From: an uncultured Gemmatimonadaceae bacterium
GTDB lineage: Bacteria > Gemmatimonadota > Gemmatimonadetes > Gemmatimonadales > GWC2-71-9
Length of the DNA stretch: 64,000 nucleotides
Direction: 5' to 3'
NCBI GenBank assembly: GCA_964421625.1
Contig: CAYQXR010000002.1
Location: forward strand, 2,698-66,697
Part shown: positions 46,297-57,008 of the stretch, in pieces
Numbering within the stretch: position 1 is the first letter of the stretch
How the letters are laid out: each line of letters begins with the position of its first letter
The notes under the pieces: model-generated
The model's database searches: none
Told to the model about the DNA's origin: nothing
The model's input: the letters and a program-made list of their open reading frames with translations, nothing else
Made by a program: the position numbers and the translations under genes

Positions 46297-47463
46297 TCAG
46301 CCTAGAGCCTGGTCGAGATCGGCCTGGAGGTCGGCCACGTCCTCAATGCCGACCGACAGCCGCACCAGCGCGTCGCTCAGACCCATCTCCGCGCGCAGGG
46401 CGGCGGGCACCGAGGCGTGGGTCATGCTGGCCGGGTGGCCGATGAGCGACTCGACCCCACCGAGGGACTCGGCCAGGGCGAACAGCCTGGTCGACTCGAC
46501 CACCCGACGGGCGCGGGCCGGATCGCCCAGTTCGATGGAGATCATGCCGCCGAAGCCGCGCATCTGGCGGGTGGCCAGGTCGTGCTGCGGGTGAGAGGGG
46601 AGGCCGGGGTAGTAGACCCGCTGGATGTCCGGGCGATCGGCCAGCCAGCGGGCCAGGGTGAGCGCGCTGGTGTTGTGGGCCTGCATCCGGAGCACCAGAG
46701 TCCGCAGGCCGCGCAGGGTGAGCCAGGAGTCCAGCGGTCCCGGGACACCGCCCGCCGCGTTCTGGAGGAAGCCGATGCGTTCGGCCAGGTCGTCCCGGGC
46801 AGTGATGAGCGCGCCGCCGATGACATCCGAGTGGCCGTTCAGATACTTGGTGGTCGAGTGCAGCACGATGTCCGCACCGAGCAGGAGCGGCTGCTGGATG
46901 ATCGGGGTGGCGAAGGTGTTGTCGACCGCGAGCAGGATCCCATGCGCCTGCGCCAGATCCCCGAGGGCGCGGAGGTCCGTGAGGTCCATCATCGGGTTGG
47001 TCGGCGTCTCGGCGAAGAGCATCCGGGTGGCGGGGCGCCGGGCGGCATCGACCGCCGCGATGTCGCGCATGTCCACGAAGGAAAAGCTCAGGCCCAGGTG
47101 CTGGTAGACCTGCTGCATCAACCGGTAGGACCCGCCGTAGAGATTGCGGCTCACGATCACATGGTCGCCCTGGCGCAGCAGCTTGAGCGTGGTATCGAGG
47201 GCGGCGAGCCCCGACGCGAAGGCGAAGCCGTCGGTGCCGCCTTCGAGCGCAGCCAGGGCGCGCTCCAGCGCCTCGCGGGTCGGGTTGCTGGTACGGGCGT
47301 ACTCGTAGCCGTTCCGGGGCGTGCCGAGCGCGTCCTGTACATAGGTCGAGGTCTGATAGATCGGCGGCATCACCGCCCCGGCCACGGGATCGTCGTGTGC
47401 TCCGGCATGAACGGCGAGGGTGCCGGGGCGGTGGTGTGTCGGGGACGTCTGCAGGCGCGTCAT
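46297..47463 (-). CDS. Cys/Met-metabolism PLP enzyme (cystathionine gamma-synthase/lyase family)
   Basis: The 3' part of track ORF 46297..48318, with the start at ATG 47463 (388 aa). YEYARTSNPTREALE and the PLP-lysine context STTKYLNGHSDVIGG are present. Confidence 0.85.
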   Translation of the reverse strand: MTRLQTSPTHHRPGTLAVHAGAHDDPVAGAVMPPIYQTSTYVQDALGTPRNGYEYARTSNPTREALERALAALEGGTDGFAFASGLAALDTTLKLLRQGDHVIVSRNLYGGSYRLMQQVYQHLGLSFSFVDMRDIAAVDAARRPATRMLFAETPTNPMMDLTDLRALGDLAQAHGILLAVDNTFATPIIQQPLLLGADIVLHSTTKYLNGHSDVIGGALITARDDLAERIGFLQNAAGGVPGPLDSWLTLRGLRTLVLRMQAHNTSALTLARWLADRPDIQRVYYPGLPSHPQHDLATRQMRGFGGMISIELGDPARARRVVESTRLFALAESLGGVESLIGHPASMTHASVPAALRAEMGLSDALVRLSVGIEDVADLQADLDQALG

Positions 47464-47590
47464 TCCAGGTCCGGGCTCGGGAAGGCGGAAGCATAGGGCG
47501 CCCTGCGGGTCCGGGCAAGCAGTACGGCGGTCCCGACCCGGTCCGGCGGTTATGTTGTGCGCGACCCTTCGATCACCCGACGAGGCTGAC

Positions 47591-48946
47591 ATGTCCGACA
47601 CGTTGATGATTTCGGTGGCCGGAACCCGCGGACACGTGGGCACCGATCTGACACCCGAACTGGTGGCCCGACAGGCCGCGGCACTGGGCGCCTGGGTTCG
47701 CGCCCGGGGCGGGCAGCGGGTGGTGATCGGTCGTGACTCACGCACCTCGGGGGCGATGTTCACCCGGGCCGCCTGTGCCGGGTTCGAGTCGGTGGGGCTG
47801 GAGGTGATCGATGTCGGTGTCGTGCCGACGCCGACGGTCCAGCTCGCGGTGGAGTACCACCACGCCGGGGCCGGGCTGATTTTGACGGCCTCCCACAATC
47901 CCATCGTCTGGAACGGCCTCAAGTTTCTCGGCAGCGACGGGATCTTCCTGGACGCGGTGGCCGGAGCGGAGGTTCGCGCACTGGCCGATCGCGGCCCCGA
48001 ACGGGCCGGGTGGGACGGCATCGGCACGGTCCGGGAGGACCCCGACGCCGTCGCCAGACATCTCGACGCCATCCTGGCCCTGCCCGAGATCGATGCGGAC
48101 GCCATCCGCGCCCGCGGCTTCCATGTGGCCATCGATACCGTCCACGGGGCGGGCGGGCCGATCATCCAGGCGCTACTGGAGCGACTGGGCGTTCGGGTCA
48201 GCGGCATCGGACTGACGCCCGACGGGCGGTTCCCCCGGGAACCGGAGCCGCTGCCGGAGCATCTCGGCGATCTGGGCGATCTGGTTCGGCGCGTCGGGGC
48301 CGACGTCGGGATGGCCATCGATCCGGATGCGGACCGCCTGGCCCTGGTCGACGAGACCGGGACCCCGATCGGCGAGGACTACACCCTGGCGCTCGCCGTG
48401 GGAGCGGTCCTGGCCCGGCACAGCGGGTCGGCGCCGGTGGTGGTCGCCAATCTGTCCACGTCCCTGGTCGTGGAGGATGCGGCGGTCCGGGGCGGCGGGG
48501 TTTTCCAGCGGGCTCCGGTGGGCGAGGCCAATGTCGCGGCGATGATCCAGTCAAGCGGCGCCCTGATCGGTGGCGAGGGGAATGGCGGGGTCATTCTGCC
48601 CGCCCTCCATGTCGGGCGGGACGCCCCCCTGGCTGCGGCCTTGGTCTTGCAGGAACTGACCCGCCATGGGGAACCGCTCTCGCAACAGATCGGTTCACGT
48701 CCCAGGTACGTGATCGTGAAGGCGAAGGTCCCCCGGGGGGGCGAGTTGACCCCACTCTATCAGCGGCTGCGGGAGGTGTTTCCCGATGCGGCGGTGGATA
48801 CCCGGGACGGACTGCGGCTGGCCTGGAGCGATCGGTGGTTGCATGTCCGCCCTTCGGGGACCGAGCCGATCGTCCGGCTCATCGCCGAAGCACCGACTCG
48901 GGACGAAGCAGACGCCATGATTGCCCGGGCGCGCGACGCGCGCTGA
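47591..48946 (+). CDS. alpha-D-phosphohexomutase (GlmM/ManB family)
   Basis: Part of track ORF 47420..48946, with the start at ATG 47591. The active-site loop is LTASHNPIVWNGLKF and the metal loop is GMAIDPDADR. It lies directly upstream of glmS. Confidence 0.8.
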   Translation: MSDTLMISVAGTRGHVGTDLTPELVARQAAALGAWVRARGGQRVVIGRDSRTSGAMFTRAACAGFESVGLEVIDVGVVPTPTVQLAVEYHHAGAGLILTASHNPIVWNGLKFLGSDGIFLDAVAGAEVRALADRGPERAGWDGIGTVREDPDAVARHLDAILALPEIDADAIRARGFHVAIDTVHGAGGPIIQALLERLGVRVSGIGLTPDGRFPREPEPLPEHLGDLGDLVRRVGADVGMAIDPDADRLALVDETGTPIGEDYTLALAVGAVLARHSGSAPVVVANLSTSLVVEDAAVRGGGVFQRAPVGEANVAAMIQSSGALIGGEGNGGVILPALHVGRDAPLAAALVLQELTRHGEPLSQQIGSRPRYVIVKAKVPRGGELTPLYQRLREVFPDAAVDTRDGLRLAWSDRWLHVRPSGTEPIVRLIAEAPTRDEADAMIARARDAR

Positions 48947-48973
48947 GGGCAGGACGCAAGGAGCGAACGGAGC

Positions 48974-50800
<1,827 letters not shown>

Positions 50801-50804
50801 CCGT

Positions 50805-50836
50805 GTCGGCCGGACGGGTCATCCCGTCCGGCCGAC
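50805..50836. terminator. bidirectional terminator-like hairpin between glmS and yceI-like gene
   Basis: A 14-bp perfect inverted repeat, GTCGGCCGGACGGG / CCCGTCCGGCCGAC, with loop TCAT. It lies between convergent stops, and the flanks are not T-rich. Confidence 0.55.
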
Positions 50837-50842
50837 GCCCCG

Positions 50843-51379
50843 TCAGTTCGGACGGACGAATTCGACGTCCAGTTGGATCTTGACTTCATTGCTCACCATC
50901 ACGCCACCAGTCTCCAGCATCTGATTCCAGGTCAGGCCGAAGTCCTCGCGCAGGAAACTGCCGCGGGCACTGAAGCCGGCCCGCGTGTTGCCCCAGGGAT
51001 CGGGGTGTTGTCCGCCGCTCTCCGCCGAGAGGGTGATCGACCGGGTGACATCCCGGATGGTCAGGTCGCCGGTGAGGGTGAAGGTCCCGGATGGGTCGCC
51101 TTCAAGCGACCGACCGACGAAGGTCAGCGTCGGGAACCGCTCCACGTCGAAGAAGTCGGCAGACCGCAGGTGAGCGTCGCGCTGTTCATTGCGCGTGTCG
51201 ATCGAGGCCGCCTGGATGGTGACAGCCAGGGCGAAGTCGTTCGGTCGGGCGTCGTCATAGGTCAGGGTGCCCTCGACCTCGGCGAAGCGGCCCCGGACGG
51301 TCGCAACCATCAGATGGCGAACCGCAAAGTCGATATTGGTGTGGGAGGCATCGATCTGCCAGGGTGTTGCGTGGGACAT
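50843..51379 (-). CDS. YceI family protein
   Basis: Track ORF. WQIDASHTNIDFAVRHLMVATVRGRF...LTIRDVTR is typical of YceI-like domains. Confidence 0.85.
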   Translation of the reverse strand: MSHATPWQIDASHTNIDFAVRHLMVATVRGRFAEVEGTLTYDDARPNDFALAVTIQAASIDTRNEQRDAHLRSADFFDVERFPTLTFVGRSLEGDPSGTFTLTGDLTIRDVTRSITLSAESGGQHPDPWGNTRAGFSARGSFLREDFGLTWNQMLETGGVMVSNEVKIQLDVEFVRPN

Positions 51380-51525
51380 GGTGTACTCACAGCGGAAGGT
51401 GGAGCCCCGAAACCTCCGGGACAGGACAGTCAGTCATCGAACAACAGGATTGTCCTCCGTTCGGTTCCCGACCCCGGTTGAGCGCCCCGCTATCTTCCCC
51501 GCCAACCGTCAACGGGAGCGGGCTG

Positions 51526-51969
51526 ATGCGTGTCGTGGTACAACGGGTTCGGGAAGCGAGCGTGAGGATCCGGTCGCTGGTGGTGGGCGAGATCGGGGTC
51601 GGCTATCTGCTGCTGGTCGGGTTCACCCCCGGCGATACGCTGGCCGAAGTCGACTGGATGGTCGACAAGGTGCTCGGTCTGCGCCTCTTCAGCGACGCCG
51701 AGGGCAAGATGAATCTCGATCTCGCTGCCGTCGATGGGCGCCTGCTGGTGGTGTCGCAGTTCACCCTGTACGGCGATGCCTCGCGGGGACGTCGGCCCTC
51801 GTTCATCACCGCGGCCCATCCCGATCAGGCCATTCCCCTGTATGAGGCCTTCGTGGCCCGGCTCCGGGCGCGGGTCATGGTTGCCACCGGCGAGTTCGGG
51901 GCCGACATGCAGGTACACCTCGTCAATGACGGCCCGGTCACCCTGCTGCTGGAGCGCACCGCCGGATGA
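51526..51969 (+). CDS. dtd: D-aminoacyl-tRNA deacylase
   Basis: Part of track ORF 51364..51969, with the start at ATG 51526. Motifs: MRVVVQRV, SQFTLYGD, GADMQVHLVNDGPVT. Confidence 0.9.
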   Translation: MRVVVQRVREASVRIRSLVVGEIGVGYLLLVGFTPGDTLAEVDWMVDKVLGLRLFSDAEGKMNLDLAAVDGRLLVVSQFTLYGDASRGRRPSFITAAHPDQAIPLYEAFVARLRARVMVATGEFGADMQVHLVNDGPVTLLLERTAG

Positions 51970-52538
51970 TGCCGACCGTGGTACTGGCATCGGCGTCGCC
52001 GCGGCGACGGCAGTTGCTGGAGATGCTGTCGATTCCGCATCTCGTCGCGCCCGCCCATGTGCAGGAAATCCCGCTGCCCCGCGAGACACCGGCGGCGTAC
52101 TCCCGTCGCCTCGCCCGGGACAAGGCGCGCGCAGTGCCTGGAGAACTGGTCCTGGGGGCGGATACCATCGTCGTGCTCGACGGGGTCATCCTGGAAAAGC
52201 CTGCCGACGATGCCGATGCGCTGCGGATGCTGACGGCTCTGCAGGGGCGGACCCACCAGGTCATCACGGCGGTCTGCCTGATCGCCCGCGGGGTAGAACA
52301 CCACGCCATCGACGAGACGCTGGTCACCTTCCGCGCCTGTGATGAGGTCATGCTCCGCGACTACATCGCCACCGGCGAGCCGCGGGACAAGGCCGGTTCC
52401 TACGGCATCCAGGGATGGGGAGCCGCGCTGGTGGAGCGGATCGAGGGCGACTTCTTCAGCGTGATGGGGTTGCCGGTGCGTCTGGTGCTGCAGTTGCTGG
52501 CGGATGCGGGCGTGGCGTACCGGTTTGGGGGGGCGTAG
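51966..52538 (+). CDS. maf: Maf-like nucleoside triphosphate pyrophosphatase
   Basis: Track ORF. The ATG overlaps the dtd stop (ATGA). Motifs: VLASASPRRRQLL, GADTIVVLDG, KAGSYGIQG. Confidence 0.85.
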   Translation: MMPTVVLASASPRRRQLLEMLSIPHLVAPAHVQEIPLPRETPAAYSRRLARDKARAVPGELVLGADTIVVLDGVILEKPADDADALRMLTALQGRTHQVITAVCLIARGVEHHAIDETLVTFRACDEVMLRDYIATGEPRDKAGSYGIQGWGAALVERIEGDFFSVMGLPVRLVLQLLADAGVAYRFGGA

Positions 52539-52539
52539 G

Positions 52540-52805
52540 GCGGGCGGTCGTCACGGTGGGATCACGCATGGCCTGTACGGATCGTCGCCGTCCATTGGGG
52601 TGCGTAGGGGCGACCGGCGGTCGCCCGGTATGGTGGGATCTCGCATGGCCTGTACGGATCGCCCCTACATCGGATGCATACGGGCGACCGCCGGTCGCCC
52701 CTACAATCGCTCCCGGGGCGGGAACGAACTCTTGCCGTCCATTGGGATGCATACGGGCGACCAGCCGGTCGCCCCTACACCCTACAATCGTTCCCGCCGC
52801 CCCTC
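52540..52805. repeat. cluster of REP-like palindromic and direct repeats filling the maf-trpE gap
   Basis: Three copies of the hairpin GGGCGACC-N3/4-GGTCGCCC lie at about 52608-52626, 52682-52700 and 52755-52774. Two 30-nt direct repeats, GGTGGGATC(A/T)CGCATGGCCTGTACGGATCG, lie at 52555-52584 and 52632-52661. GCCGTCCATTGGG and CCCCTACA(A)TCG modules also repeat. Confidence 0.75.
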
Positions 52806-52809
52806 CCCC

Positions 52810-54315
52810 TCACGCCCCCTCCCGCGCCAACCCCATCGCTGTCAGCACGGCCGCCGCTTTCACCCGCGTTTCCTCGAGTTCGTGCGCTGGCACGGAGTCG
52901 GCCACGATGCCCGCGCCGGCCTGGACCCAGGCGCGTCCCGGTGTGAAGATCGCCGTCCGGATGGCGATCGCGGTATCGAGCGTTCTCGCTCCGTATCCGA
53001 CATAGCCGACGGCTCCGGCGTAGGGGCCGCGTCGGGTGGGTTCCAACGCGTCGATGATCTGCATGGCCCGCACCTTGGGGGCGCCGCTCACGGTGCCTGC
53101 CGGGAAGGCCGCCGCGAAGGCGTCGAGGGCATCGAGGTCGGCGCGCAATTGGCCGCGCACTTCACTGACCAGGTGCATGACCTTCGAGTACCGCTCAACG
53201 ATCATCTGGTCCACCACGCGGACAGTCCCGTACTCGGCGACACGTCCCACGTCGTTCCGACCCAGATCGAGCAGCATGAGGTGTTCGGCGCGCTCCTTCG
53301 GATCGGCCAGCAGTTCCGCTTCGAGCGCGGCATCGTGGGCCGCGTCGTGCCCGCGCGGGCGGGTGCCCGCGATCGGCCGGACGGTGACCTCCCCCTGCTC
53401 GACCCGGACCAGCACCTCGGGTGATGCCCCCGCCAGCGTGATCGGGCCCAGGCGCAGGTAGTAGGAATAGGGCGCTGGGTTGAGGGCCCGCAGCCACCGG
53501 TAGGTCAGCCACGGGTCGGGCGGTGGGGCCACGTCCAGCCGTCGGGAGAGAACGATCTGAAAGGCATCGCCGGCCGCGATATACTCCCGGCACCGCGCCA
53601 CCCCGGCCTCGAAGACCTCCGGGGCCATCGGGGCCGTGGTGGGGATCTGCCGCACCGACTCCGGCCAGCGCAGCGGCGCCTGGTAGGAGGAGACCGCCAG
53701 ACGGTCGAGCCAGTCGTCGCAGCGCGCTGAGGCGGCGGCGAGGCGTTGAGTCAGTTCGTCGTCGCTGCTGTCGGTCGAGACCGTGATGTTGGCAATCACG
53801 ATGGCCCGATGGAAGAGATGGTCCAGCACCAGCAGCGTGTCGGTGACCATCACCACCGCATCGGGGAGATCGCGGTCGTCGGGTGGCGCATCGGGGAGCG
53901 ATTCGATCGTCCGCACCACGTCGTAGCCCCAGAAGCCGACGGCTCCCCCCGTGAAGCGCGGCAGGTCCGCGGCCTCGAGTGGACGATCGGCGGCCAGCAG
54001 CGCCCGCAGATGGTCGAGTGGCGGCGGAGCATCCGGCACCGGCGACCACTCTCCCCGGTGCCAGCTATCGCAGGAGCTGTTGCGGTACCGGTAGACGGCG
54101 CTCGGCTCGGTGGCGAGGAAGGTGTACCGCGCCCAGCGCTCGCCGCCTTCGAGAGATTCGAGCAGGAAGCCGTACTCGCCGCGATGCACCTTGCCGAACG
54201 CCGAGACGGGGGTGTCGCCGTCGAGGACGACGGTACGGATGCAGGGCACGCGGGTGTACCCGGCATCTGCCGCAGCGCGGAGCGAGGCCAGTGTGGGCGG
54301 GATATGAGCAGTCAT
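52810..54315 (-). CDS. trpE: anthranilate synthase component I
   Basis: The 3' part of track ORF 52810..54924, with the start at ATG 54315 (501 aa). Motifs: FLLESLEGGERWARYTF, GAVGYVGYGARTLDTAIAIRT. Confidence 0.9.
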   Translation of the reverse strand: MTAHIPPTLASLRAAADAGYTRVPCIRTVVLDGDTPVSAFGKVHRGEYGFLLESLEGGERWARYTFLATEPSAVYRYRNSSCDSWHRGEWSPVPDAPPPLDHLRALLAADRPLEAADLPRFTGGAVGFWGYDVVRTIESLPDAPPDDRDLPDAVVMVTDTLLVLDHLFHRAIVIANITVSTDSSDDELTQRLAAASARCDDWLDRLAVSSYQAPLRWPESVRQIPTTAPMAPEVFEAGVARCREYIAAGDAFQIVLSRRLDVAPPPDPWLTYRWLRALNPAPYSYYLRLGPITLAGASPEVLVRVEQGEVTVRPIAGTRPRGHDAAHDAALEAELLADPKERAEHLMLLDLGRNDVGRVAEYGTVRVVDQMIVERYSKVMHLVSEVRGQLRADLDALDAFAAAFPAGTVSGAPKVRAMQIIDALEPTRRGPYAGAVGYVGYGARTLDTAIAIRTAIFTPGRAWVQAGAGIVADSVPAHELEETRVKAAAVLTAMGLAREGA

Positions 54316-54893
54316 GTCGGCAGGCGCCTGGGAGCGACCACGGTGTAGCGTCCGGGGCCGGTGAGGGTGGATCGAAGGACGTCCGAGGCCGGGCGCTGCG
54401 GCCCCAGCGGGATCAGACGACCATCGTCGGCATGTCGGACCACCAGCAGCGCTTCCTCGAAGGTCCGCGCCGACGGGTAGGTGGCCAATGCGGCGGTCGG
54501 TTGCCCGAAGTGCCGGGCATAGGAGAAGGACAGGGTGGTCGCCGGTGTGAGCGTTCCCGCGAGATCGATGGTCACGCTGTACTCGCGCGGCACCGGCCGC
54601 AGGTCGATCCGCAGGGAATCGTCGAGCGCGGCCGTGCTGTCGGCCGGGATGTCGAGCAGCAGGAAGACGTCGTAGTCCGGGGCGGGGTAGCGCATGATGA
54701 TGCGGCGTCCCTGCCGACGTGAGAGCGTCACCGTCGTGTCGGCGACGCCCGGTCCGCCGCGCTCCAGGACCCACACGGCCTCGGGCGACAGCGGTGGCCC
54801 CGCCACCAGTGCGGCGATGCGTGCCGCAGTGCTGCGGGGCCCGCTGATGCGACCGGCCAGGCACCCGGTCACGGCGGTCGCGAGCAGCAGCAA
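54312..54893 (-). CDS. hypothetical lipoprotein translationally coupled to trpE
   Basis: The 3' part of track ORF 54312..56900. The candidate start is TTG 54893; no in-frame ATG or GTG lies nearby. The lipobox-like sequence is LLLLATAVTG|C. The remaining sequence looks protein-like. The stop overlaps the trpE ATG (ATGA). The start is uncertain. Confidence 0.45.
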   Translation of the reverse strand: MLLLATAVTGCLAGRISGPRSTAARIAALVAGPPLSPEAVWVLERGGPGVADTTVTLSRRQGRRIIMRYPAPDYDVFLLLDIPADSTAALDDSLRIDLRPVPREYSVTIDLAGTLTPATTLSFSYARHFGQPTAALATYPSARTFEEALLVVRHADDGRLIPLGPQRPASDVLRSTLTGPGRYTVVAPRRLPT

Positions 54894-54911
54894 CGCCCCT
54901 ATCTTCCGGCC

Positions 54912-56924
54912 ATGATGAGCCCACTGCGCCGCTGTCTGTTCCTGCTGCTCCTCACGCCGTGGCCCGTGGTCGCCCAGACCTGGCTGCCCGGCGATGCGGT
55001 GCCCCAGGTGGTTCGGGCCAGTCTGCGGCGTCAGGCGCGCGACGCCGATACGGCGCTCACCAACTGGCGGGCCACCGCGGATGGGCAGGTGCGCACGGTC
55101 ATTGTCGTCGATCAGGGTCAGGGCCCCCGGGAACGGTTGATGAAACTTGATTCGCTCACTGTGGAAGTGTACGGGGAGATCCCGACCCGGAGCAAGCAGG
55201 TCATCACCCAGTGGCGCGAAATCTCCTTCCTCCCCAACCGGATTGTCTACCACCGCGACCACCTCGGCATCGTCGCCAACGACTTCGGCCAGACCATCCG
55301 GCTCGGCGAGGGCGACGAGGTCCGGGACATCATCCATCCGCTCACCCCGCAGGGCGCGACCCACTACCGCTTCGCCCCGGGCGATACGGTGCGGATCCGG
55401 ACGCATCGCGGCGAGACCCAGGTCGTCGCCATCGCGGTCCGGCCGGCCGACCCCGAGGCACCCGGCACCGTCGGGACCCTGTATGTCGACCAGACCCGCG
55501 ATGAGCTGATCCGCTTCGAGTTCACCTTCACACCGGCCTCCTACATCGACCGGACCGTGCGTGACATCACCGTCTCGCTCGAATCGGCACTGCTCGAGTC
55601 CACGCACTGGCTGCCCTGGCGCCAGTCGATCGTCATCCGGCGGGAAGATCCGCGCTTCGAACTGCCGACCCGCACGGTGCTGCGGGCCGACTGGGAACTG
55701 CGCGACTACCGGTTCAGCGAGCGGCAGCCGCCGGAGTTCTTTGCGGGACGCCTGATTGCCGGCCCGCTCCGGGCACCCCGCGACACGGTGGGCGCCCTGC
55801 CGCTGCTGCCCGAGGCGGCGGTGCTTCCGTCGGTCGAACGCGATGTCGAGCAGATCCAGGCCGCCGCCTCGGCCATGCTGGCGGGCCGCGCCCTCGATGG
55901 GCTGAACGCGGTGCGCACCGCGCTGGCGGGTTACCACGACCTGCTGCACGTCAACCGCGTGAGCGGCGTCACGCCCGGGTACGGCCTGCGTTTCCCGCTG
56001 CGTCACCGCATTACGGCGCGCGTCCATGGTGCCTATGGTCTGTCCGATCACCGGGGATACTTCCGCCTGGGGATTGACGGCCCGCTCGGTGAGGGGGGCT
56101 GGGGTGTCGGCGTGTCGCGCCAGTTGCGTGATGTCGCCGACCAGTCCGGCACCTCCCCGATGCATGCCTCGGTGGCCGCCCTGGCAGGCGATGGCGAGTC
56201 GGCCGATTGGGTGCTGCTGGAGCGGGCGGCGATCCGCTGGCGAGGTCCGGCAGGGGGGACCCGGCTCACGGTCGAACTGGCCCGGGAGCGGCCGATCAGC
56301 GTGGTCACCGCCTTCGCCCCCTCGCGCCTGCGGTCCAATCCCGCCCTGGGCGCGGCGCCCCAGACCGTGCTGCGGTTCGACCTCGACCACCTGGCCCCGA
56401 ACGGACTCGGCTGGCAGGGACGCCTGGAGGCGGGGCAGGGCACGGATCCCTGGTTGCGTGCTGCCGCGCACTGGCAGGGGCGCGTCGGGCGCTGGGAGGG
56501 CCGGATCGACGGGGGGATCGGGACCGACAGGCTCCCGGCCTATCGCAGCTTCGTGCTGGGCGGGATCGGGAGTTTGCCCGGTGTGCCGCATCGGGCCATT
56601 GGCGGGCGCCGGAGCCTGCGCGCCGAGGTGGGGTATGGCCTGCCCGTGGCGATTCCGCTGCCGATCCCGCGCGGATTGCCCTATGGCGGGATGGCCCGCC
56701 GGGTCACCCTGCCATCGCGCCTGGTCCCGTTCCTTGCGGCGGGCGTGGCAGGTGGCGACCTGCCTTCTGTCCCCTGGCGGGGGCGGGGGAGCATTGAGCC
56801 GGTGGCCGGGCTCCGCCTGGATCTGTGGGGGGATCTGCTGCGGGTCGAGGGCGGTGTGGCGCTGCGGCACGGCCGGGCGGCGTTCCTGATCGACATCCAC
56901 CCCGACTGGTGGCCGATCTTCTGA
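54912..56924 (+). CDS. Omp85-superfamily-like outer membrane beta-barrel protein
   Basis: Track ORF. The signal peptide is MMSPLRRCLFLLLLTPWPVVAQ. The C-terminal third resembles bacterial surface antigen (D15) barrels (SFVLGGIGSLPGVPHRAIGGRRSL...GLRLDLWGDLLRVEGGVAL). The protein ends ...DWWPIF. Confidence 0.55.
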   Translation: MMSPLRRCLFLLLLTPWPVVAQTWLPGDAVPQVVRASLRRQARDADTALTNWRATADGQVRTVIVVDQGQGPRERLMKLDSLTVEVYGEIPTRSKQVITQWREISFLPNRIVYHRDHLGIVANDFGQTIRLGEGDEVRDIIHPLTPQGATHYRFAPGDTVRIRTHRGETQVVAIAVRPADPEAPGTVGTLYVDQTRDELIRFEFTFTPASYIDRTVRDITVSLESALLESTHWLPWRQSIVIRREDPRFELPTRTVLRADWELRDYRFSERQPPEFFAGRLIAGPLRAPRDTVGALPLLPEAAVLPSVERDVEQIQAAASAMLAGRALDGLNAVRTALAGYHDLLHVNRVSGVTPGYGLRFPLRHRITARVHGAYGLSDHRGYFRLGIDGPLGEGGWGVGVSRQLRDVADQSGTSPMHASVAALAGDGESADWVLLERAAIRWRGPAGGTRLTVELARERPISVVTAFAPSRLRSNPALGAAPQTVLRFDLDHLAPNGLGWQGRLEAGQGTDPWLRAAAHWQGRVGRWEGRIDGGIGTDRLPAYRSFVLGGIGSLPGVPHRAIGGRRSLRAEVGYGLPVAIPLPIPRGLPYGGMARRVTLPSRLVPFLAAGVAGGDLPSVPWRGRGSIEPVAGLRLDLWGDLLRVEGGVALRHGRAAFLIDIHPDWWPIF

Positions 56925-57008
56925 CGGTGGCCCGCATCTCGCAAGGGACCTACTTTAGGACTGGTCAGGTCCAGTCCCGGTTCCCTTCTCGACGTTCGGA
57001 CGGCACGC

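Noticed and set aside
47781-47790. tRNA T-arm-like GGTTCGAGTC
   Set aside because: It lies inside the phosphohexomutase coding frame (…AGFESVG…), and there is no surrounding cloverleaf. No tRNA-sized structured intergenic segment was found anywhere in the window.
47464-48318. 5' extension of minus-strand ORF 46297..48318
   Set aside because: It is antisense to the phosphohexomutase gene. The PLP-enzyme homology begins at ATG 47463 (MTRLQTSP...HAGAHDDP).
48947-48973. glmS ribozyme upstream of glmS
   Set aside because: Only 27 nt separate the upstream gene from the glmS ATG, which is far too short for the ~170-nt ribozyme.
52540-52805. Possible CRISPR array (regularly spaced repeats)
   Set aside because: The repeats are of several different kinds, internally palindromic and irregularly spaced, and the 'spacers' are themselves repeated. 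No cas genes are present in the window. This fits a REP/MITE-like cluster better.
54894-56900. Upstream two-thirds of the 862-aa minus-strand ORF 54312..56900
   Set aside because: It is antisense to the Omp85-like gene, which has a signal peptide and a barrel C-terminus. Only the last ~193 codons look like a real (lipoprotein) gene.
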